64,000 nt of DNA, from positions 127,720,001-127,784,000 of the forward strand of contig OZ024740.1 of NCBI GenBank assembly GCA_964016885.1, written 5' to 3'. The DNA is from Eledone cirrhosa (taxonomy: Eukaryota). This document shows positions 56,101 through 64,000 of this stretch, in pieces (within the stretch, counting starts at the first letter, position 1; each line of letters begins with the position of its first letter). Under the pieces are notes generated by a model. It made no database searches. It was not told the DNA's origin and was given only the letters and a program-made list of their open reading frames with translations. Position numbers and translations under genes: made by a program.

Positions 56101-56295
56101 AATAATTGTTTCTACGTTTGGCACAAGGCCAGCAATTAACCAGTGTATTACTGGTACTTTATTTTGTCGACCCCGTCAGGATGAAAGGCAAAGTTAACCT
56201 CGGCGGAATTTGAATTCAGAATGGAAAGGGCCGTAACTCTTTACGTCAAAGCATAGGGTCCGACCCTCTAGCGATAGTGCCAATGCACCGCCTTA
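56101..56295 (-). mobile_element. tRNA-derived SINE (Deu/Nin-like core)
   Basis: Minus: AAGGCGGTGCATTGGCACTATCG...GAATTCAAATTCCGCCGAGGTTAACTTTGCCTTTCATCC..GGGGTCGACAAAATAAAGTACCAG, ATT tail. Confidence 0.82.
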
Positions 56296-56296
56296 G

Positions 56297-56328
<32 letters not shown>

Positions 56329-56350
56329 TTATTATTATTATTATTATTAT

Positions 56351-59300
56351 AGAGAGGAGGTGGTTGATGGAAAGATCTCATTTACCCAACTTATCCAGCT
56401 CTCACTTTTCGCAATATAATGGTCAGGGGTATCAGGGCAAGGACAAACAGCAGAGGGGACAAACTATCTCCCTGGAAGATACCTCTCTTGATCTTCACGC
56501 CTCCCAGGGATTCTCCACCCGAGGTTAACTCTTTTCTCCAGGACTTCACACTTTTGCTCTACAACTGTCTGATGTTATCTGCCACCCTGAAGATCTCTAG
56601 GCTTTTGGTTATCCAAGAATGAGGTACCATATCGAATGCCTTTTTGTAATCTATCCATCCCATGACAAGACCAGTGTGCCTCCTCTTGCAATTCCTCATT
56701 ACCATTTTATCCATAAGTAACTGGTCTTTTGTACCACGGGACTTCTTTCGTCATTCTTTCTGTTCAGCCGGTAACAAGTTGTTTATGTGGACGTGATGGT
56801 AGATTTCCTCAGACTCAATGCTTGTTATCAGTTTCCACATTACGGACAGACATGTCCGTAGGTCTATAGTTGGTAAAATCATTACCCTTGATTTGGTCTT
56901 TCATTACCAGAACTGTGGTACCTTTTTGTCAACCACTCTGGTACCTCACCCGACATCAAGCAGTCATTGAACATGGTTGTCAGTTTCGGGTGGAGGGATG
57001 TTGTATTTTTAATCCAATACCGCTGCACACCACCTGGGCCTGGTGATTTCCAGTTGGTCAGTTTTTTGGCCTGCACTTTAAGAGTTTCAACTGTGATACT
57101 CAAATCAGTTTGTTGGTGTGCTTCTTCACTAATCTCCGTTTGTACTGTCACAACATCGTGGTCCAATATTCCTCTCCAGAATGTCTTAGTATGTTCTGTC
57201 TCAGGGATCAAGTCGTTGCCTCTTTCTTTCCCTTCAAGCTCTCCAAACAACATCTTCTGGCTGTTGTCAAACATGCGGTTCTGTCTATAGTGCCTGACTC
57301 TGGTCTAAATACCGCCTAACCTTTGCACTTTTTGCTACAATACGTTGTTTCAATTCCTCTATTATAGTATTTAGTTCCTCTAATATAATATTTATTTCCA
57401 ATCTATTTTTAGTGTCTATGTTTTGTAATGTCACATTCAGTAGGGACTCAAGCTTTTCAATATCATTTCTCATTTCCTCTATTTGACCATTCAGTCGTTT
57501 CTTCCACCAAGGTTCTGATCTTTCTTGTTTGTTGTTTCCTCTCGTTTTTATGCCAAGTAATTTACTCACATCATTTGCTGTTGCTTTGGGGATATTGTTG
57601 CATTGGGGAACGTTCTTCGCCTCAAGGTATGGGATGACTTTGTTTACCTTAGCTGTTGTTTCTTTTAACTTTTTCCTGTCTACAAATCTTAGGTTCATAG
57701 GTTTTCCACTATCATTGTTCATTTCATCTACCACTAAGATCAGGATATCAACCAAATCTTGTCCTAGCCCATCAGCATTCATTTCCTCAATGGCCGTATC
57801 TTTGTTCCAAATGTTATTTATTTCAGCATTCAGATCATTGTCTGCCTCGGATGCTTCCTCGGGTCTCTCAACCTCTTCTCCTTCATTTCCCACTGGCTCG
57901 TTTGTCTGACATACTCCATTCTCCATTTCCAACTTTATCTCTCTGTTCAGTTCCTCCAGTTCCAACTCGCTTATCCATCCATTAGTGCTTATTACCCGAG
58001 CCTGCCCGGCCAATTTTTGTTCATCTAATTTAAATACACCAATATCGTTCCAGATGTTATGCATCCTTTTCCTATAGCCTTTTTCCATGGGGTTATTCTT
58101 CAGGTAACATTCCATGACAGTTCTATTCAATTCTTTCGTCCAGTTGGTTATTGTCCTTTTCCTTCTACTTCTTCCTCCAACACCAGCAGTATTTGGATGA
58201 CAGCCAGGTCCCTGCTGCTGGGCAAGGGAGCATTTACTGGGTGAGAGTCTATCGCATGACGTTCCAGCCTCTTGTTCATCGTTATTCGAACTGTTTAGGT
58301 TCGACATTTAAACACACATATAGAAGATTGGTGAATGTATGGTTATATAAGCACCGGTGATTTCATCACCCCCAGTGATTTCATCACATTCGGTGATTTT
58401 AGCGTGGCACCATCACGCTGTAGACGAACATAAATAAATAAACAAACACATAGATAAATCTTTAAAAAATAAACATAAGTTTCATTGTAACGTTTGACTT
58501 AGTTTTTTGTGTTTGTTTCTTTTTTTCCGTTTTTGTTTTTCAAGGCCAGTAACATCGGTTACTAGTGTTGTTGTTGCTGCTGCTGCTATTTTTGATTTTA
58601 GCTACGAGTGAAGTAGGGGTTGTTGCGTTCAAAACTTTTGAAATTTGTTTTACTTTTGTTGTTGCATTTGCTTTTGTCTGTGTTCTGTTCTGTAATCTTT
58701 CGACGTGTTCCTTATCATTATTATTATTTCAGATCCCGCCGAGGTTGACTTTGCCTTTCATCCTTACGGGGTCGATAAATAAAGTACCAGTAATACACTG
58801 GGTAATTTGCTGGCCGTGTGCCTAAAGTAGAAACAATTATTATTATTATTACATTATAATTTAGATTTGACATCGTTTAAACTAAACATTTTGAGAGAGC
58901 TTAGAGATTCATCAACAATAATTATTTTGGTGTTGTTGTTGTTGTTAGTGTTGTTGTTGTTAGCTGTCTGATCGGGTCACTAAATAGTCTATTTATATAT
59001 TTTTATATCATTTGGTGACTTCATCGTTTCTAGTCATGTGTCGTGACACTACTACCATCCTTCTCTTAACAGAAGATAGTGGGGGAATAGTTGTGGTAGC
59101 GATGATGCAGCGGTCACGGTGGAGATGGGATAGTAATACTGTAGTGATGGTGTTGTGATGGTGCTATGATGGTTTGCATGAAGCTAAATTTGTTGTGGTA
59201 GTGGTCCTGGTGTCAGCGGCGGTGGTGAAATTATTTGGCTGTTGTTTTCTGGTGTTTTCTTCCATTTGTGACCATTTGTTGCCATTTTTTTTTTTGACAA

Positions 59301-59501
59301 TAACATTTCTGATACAAAATTAAATATAAAATATTGGAGCTCTATGCCATAATGTGATGCGTTGTCAATGAGAGTTAAGACTGGTATCTTATGTCCCATT
59401 TGTAATAAGAATTATTCTATCACAGTTATTTTACATATGTAAAAAATCAAAAACCTACGGGAGCGATTCCATAACTCTCTATCCACCATGTGCGTCTTCT
59501 T
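56351..59501 (-). mobile_element. R4/Dong copy D: leader plus N-terminal ORF to mid-RT, 3'-truncated, more diverged
   Basis: ORF 57285-58307 MSNLNSSNN..NWTKELNRTVMECY; ends at INHLL just before FMDD; leader matches 17333-18910. Confidence 0.88.
58730..58840 (+). mobile_element. SINE fragment nested in the Dong D leader
   Basis: CCCGCCGAGGTTGACTTTGCCTTTCATCCTTACGGGGTCGATAAATAAAGTACCAGT, (ATT)n both sides. Confidence 0.8.
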
Positions 59502-59677
59502 CCCTTTAAGATACCTCTCTCAATTTTCACGCCTCCCAAGGATTCTCCACCCGATGTTAACTCTTTTTCCCAGGACTTCATACTTTTGCTCAACAACTGT
59601 CTATTATTATTGTTATTTATTTATTTTCTTACATTATTGTTTCTGAGATATATTATTATTATTATTATTATTATTAT

Positions 59678-62600
59678 GGCCGCACATGTTTGAAGACTAC
59701 AAATCTGCGTGGGAAAATGTTCGTAACTTTAAGCTGTTTTAAAGTGTCATTTTTTATATTTTCTTTGTCGTTAACGAAACTTAAGGTACGCATCTTGATT
59801 TAAAGAGAGGGATACCTCTCAATATTCGGGCTTTAAGCCCGAATATTCAGATTTATTTTTTGAAAACTTCGAAAAAAATCGATTCCCCACCAAAAAAAAA
59901 TTATGGAAATTTTCGACCTTGAAACGGTAAACAACGTTCAGGTCAAAAGTTTAAAGGCAGCCACTGTAGATTTCACCATGACTACGACGGCTACAGTCAT
60001 GCCTGTCATCCACTCTACTGAATGTGAAGGCAAAATTAAAAGCTACCATCACAACCTTCTGTGATATTAGCAGTATCATTTGAAAACGACATCACCACCA
60101 CCACAACAACAACAACTCAGAGCAATAACGACAATAACACCGACATCTTCAATGTAAACACGGATGGCGGTGGCAACAGCATCAACAAACAAAACAACAA
60201 CAACACCAATAACAACAGCAATAATGACAACGCCAAGAATAAGAGCATCAACAGCAACAACAAAAACAAAGCGCTTATTGAATATTGATATTGATATTAG
60301 CGATAAAGAAGAACAGTTGGCACAAGCGTGGAGGCTAATAAAACGGGAGAAGTCCTGGGCAAACCTAACCATCCCGGACGAGGCAATAGCGGCTATGCAA
60401 AGGAGGACGGTGTTATTTCGATGCATTTCGGTGCAGACACGAAAAGTGGAACTTGCCAGCCAAGCAGAGGTCGAGGCTGCTTTGGAGTACATCGGAAGTA
60501 ACATAGAGTACAAAGCAAGAGTCAAACATTTCGGTACAATCTCGGTACTGTTCAAAACCGAGGCCCTCGCTATTAAGCACTCGGTGACCCCCTGCAGAAC
60601 GGAACGCATTATCATGCATCCGTCCTACATGGGTAAAAGGACAGTAAAGGTACGCATTCCCAGCATTCCGCCAGGAATGAACATATGGTGGCTGCTGGGA
60701 TGCGTAATCGAGGAGGGCACAGACACTACCCTCCTGGATATCAAAAGGACAGAGAGAGAGGACTGGTCCGGAATGGATTTGGAGATTCTTCTCCAATGAA
60801 ACCGGAGGACATGAACAACATCCCGGATTTTGCCCTCCTGCAGGACGGGAAAACAATCTAACTAATCATTGACGGAAGAAGGCCACGCTGATTCGTCTGC
60901 GGGGAATCAACGCATCTGCGAGCCTTCTGCCCTCAGCACAAAAATGCAGGGGATCGCAAACCTCCTTTGTTGCCAACGCCAGTGTCAGCACGGAAAGCTG
61001 CACCACCACCACCACCAAAAACAACACGAACAAAAACACGGACACCAACATCAAAAACAGCCGGATCGCCACCAACACCAAAACCAATCCAAGGGGAAAA
61101 CGAGGAAAGCTCTCCCACTCCCCCTATCCCCCAATTATACACATAGACAAAACAATAAACGCACACACAGACACAGAGACACTCACAGCCACAGAACCTT
61201 TTGTCTTCCAGCAGCGAAGATGAAGGAAAAGCCAAAAGTGCAAAAAAAACAGAGTAAACTCACAAAAAAAAGCCCCAACAAAACGCAAAAACATACACAA
61301 CAAAAAATACAGACACCACTAACGCAAACACTTCCCCAATAACATCATCACCAACAGCAACATCGACACCACCTCCACAATCCCCGAAACGCAAACAACC
61401 AAAACACAAGTACAAATAAACACACAAATACCTGAAATTGCAGACACCACACCTACAACAAACACAGACATACCCGAAACAACACCACCAAAGCCATTAC
61501 CACCACAGTCACCAAATCGAAAACAAATAAGCCCACACCAACAAAATGTTAAAAACTTCATGCTTGTCAGAAGGGCCAATGATAAACTGATGGTCCTCTT
61601 AGAACGAAGCGAGGACATTCAAAGAGAGGGGTAGATTTTTGAAATGAGCACATTTTGCGTACCAGAAGATTCGCTTCTGGTCCGAATGTCACTCAATTCC
61701 TTCAAAGAAATTCGAGAGCTTTCTTCAAGACGTGGGAACCCCAAATGTGAAACCCATATCAAGACTTTTAAAGGGCTTCCCAAAAGAAAACCCACCTACC
61801 ATGGAGGTCGAACAACCCGACATTCACAAGATCCCGGAGTAAGTAAACCTTCCCTTTCTCTCTTAGCTTACCAATATGGCCATATTAAGAGTAGGAAGTT
61901 TAAATGATCGCGGCCTGGGGTCACCCTGGAAGCAGGGTCGCCTGCTCAACGACCTCAGGTCGCTGGAAATGGATGTGATTGCCGTCAGCAAGACCAGAAT
62001 TTCCGACACCCGCATTTTCGACGACTATCAGATCTTCGCATCTGTTAGCAGACCAGCAATGGGGATGGGGTGGCAGTGCTGTTTAGGAAAGGACTGGATC
62101 TCGAGGTAAGGTAGATCTTCCGCGACCCGGATGGTAAATTGGTGGTCTTGGATGTGAGCAGTAGCGAAGGTGGTACCTTTAGACTGCTGGCCGTCTACGC
62201 CCCTACAGGGGCCGGACGACCGGACTTCTTTAGGCGCCTGGAGACTTTTCTGGGTACGTATCGCCCTTTACTGTTAGCGGGGGACTGGAATGGCATCTTA
62301 GACGCACGCTAGGATTGTGTTGGAGTAGCAGATAGGAGCGGGGGGTGAAAAAGCCTTAAGCACCTACTCAGCCGGTTCCAACAGTCTGACAGGTATCGAC
62401 TAGATTTCCCCAATGTGCCAATGTGGACATGGACCGACCGAATGGGGTCATCTAGATCGTATATAGACAGGATCTTCATTAGGAAAATAGATAGAAATAG
62501 TGTGGGCTGCCCACTTTTTAAAATGGTCGCCTATTCAGATCACAAATTTGTGATCTGTACGGTCGACCTAGATAAAACGCGTAGATTAGGACCCGGTTAC

Positions 62601-64000
62601 TGGAAGCTGAACATGTCATTTCCGGCACGTAAGGCTTACAGGGTCCGAGTCAACAATTTAGTTAAGCAAAAGTTGACAGGGGGGATCATCAAAAAAAGAT
62701 GGTGGGGGGGGGGGGGGGGCTCTCAAAAGAGAGATTAGAGTAACTTCGATAGAGTTCAGCAAAGAACTAGCGTTAGAGAAAAATAGAAAGGAGGGAGAGC
62801 TGCTAGATAAGTTAGACGAGGCTATTTGTACTGACGTGCTAGCGGCGAGAATCGCATTAGACCATTTCTTCAAAGAGAAACACGAAGGTTGCATTGTCAG
62901 AGCTAAGGCGCGTCCGCTGAGAAACGAGGGAACCAAAGCTGTTCGATGGGCCCGCGTGGCGGAGGCGCAGCGTGGTAATAAAACCACAATTCGGTCTTTG
63001 GCGGACCGAGACGGACACGAGATAAGCGATTCCAAGCGGATGTGTGAGGCTTTTCGCCAGCACTTTGCTCGGTTGTTCGGGTGAAGTGGCGAGTCAGAGA
63101 GAGTAGCGGATTTCAGTCCCTATCTTGACGGCTTGCCGCGCATCTCGACGGTCGACGCTGAGCGCTGCGAAAGGCCGATTACTTCAACCGAAATTAAGGA
63201 CGCCCTTGTAGGCTGCATAAGGCGCAAGTCACCCGGTTTGGATGGCATGCCCTACGAGATTTACGTAAATATGCCAGACTTGTTCTCCGAACTCCTCGAA
63301 GCACTTACTGCAACTGGCATCAGAATGCGAGTATTCCCAGTTCTGTGAGCAGGGGAGTAGTGATGCTGAAAAGGAAAGACGAGAACAAGAGGGATACATT
63401 AGACAACTGCAGGCCCATAATTCTGCTCAACACAGCGTTTAAGATTTTGGCCAATGTGTTAGCAAAGAGATTGGCGCTTGTCGTCGAGGATTTGGTTGGG
63501 GAGGCGCAAACTTGCGCAATCCCAGCCAGGTCCATACACGACCATCTCCACCTCATGCGATACATCATAGAGAGGGTAGGGTGTAAACCTGGCTTCGGTG
63601 GGGCACTGATCAATTTAGATCAATCGAAAGCATTCGATAGGGTCGACCATCGGTATCTGGAGTTTGTCCTCAAAGCAGCTGGCTTCGTGATGATGTCGAC
63701 TACCTCAGAAATCGAGGTGGTCGGCACCTTATTGAAGGAATATGAAAGGTTGACAGGAGCCAAACTTAACCCGGAAAAGTCGGTGGGCTTGCAGTTGGGA
63801 ACCTGGAGAGGTAAGCCCATGCCGTCCAACAGCGTTGTGGGGCGCTGGACGGACGGGCCGGTAAAGTTGCTCGGAGTTTGGTTCGGACCAGACCTCCAGG
63901 TGGGAAAGAATTGGGACGAGGTAACGAGCAGAGTAGCCAACCTCACCCAAAAATGGGCTGGGAGGAAGCTATCACTGAAAGGTCGCGCGGAGGTGGCGAA
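59678..64000 (+). mobile_element. Second Tx1-clade LINE (diverged subfamily), decayed, RT core deleted near 63688, runs off window end
   Basis: ORF1 60164-60950 homologous to 46295-46936; ORF2 from 61876 (GSLNDRGLGSPWKQGRLL, YSDH, KSPGLDG, LDQSKAFDRVDH) jumps from AAGF to the region after YADD; starts after (TTA)n. Confidence 0.9.

Noticed and set aside
61835-61876. GTAAGT at the end of Tx1 ORF1 (also 45492-45497 minus) followed by a pyrimidine tract, suggesting ORF1-ORF2 splicing
   Set aside because: The spacer is only ~30-40 nt, too short for a normal intron, and the motif overlaps or abuts stop codons.

Overview
Eukaryotic, AT-rich, microsatellite-dense window with no recognisable host gene. 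It is almost entirely decayed or recent retroelements. The repeat content (tRNA-derived SINE with a Deu/Nin-like core, long (TA)n/(CA)n/(TAA)n tracts) suggests a coleoid cephalopod such as Octopus; this is inference, not established. Contents: a CR1 LINE; an RTE LINE; four R4/Dong-type RLE retrotransposon copies and three Tx1/L1-type copies, all sitting in (TAA)n tracts; several Penelope-like elements (PLEs), some with type I hammerhead ribozymes and inverted tails; a mariner relic; a MITE; and SINEs. The strongest signal is one nearly intact Dong copy (52433-55805) carrying about 50 clustered sense-strand A-to-G changes versus its three sister copies, as expected if ADAR-hyperedited RNA was reverse transcribed into the genome. 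Other notable items are a twin-priming-like 5' inversion in an RLE element, opposite-polarity co-targeting of (TAA)n by Dong and Tx1, and repeated PLE-made hairpins. All alignments and counts were done by eye.
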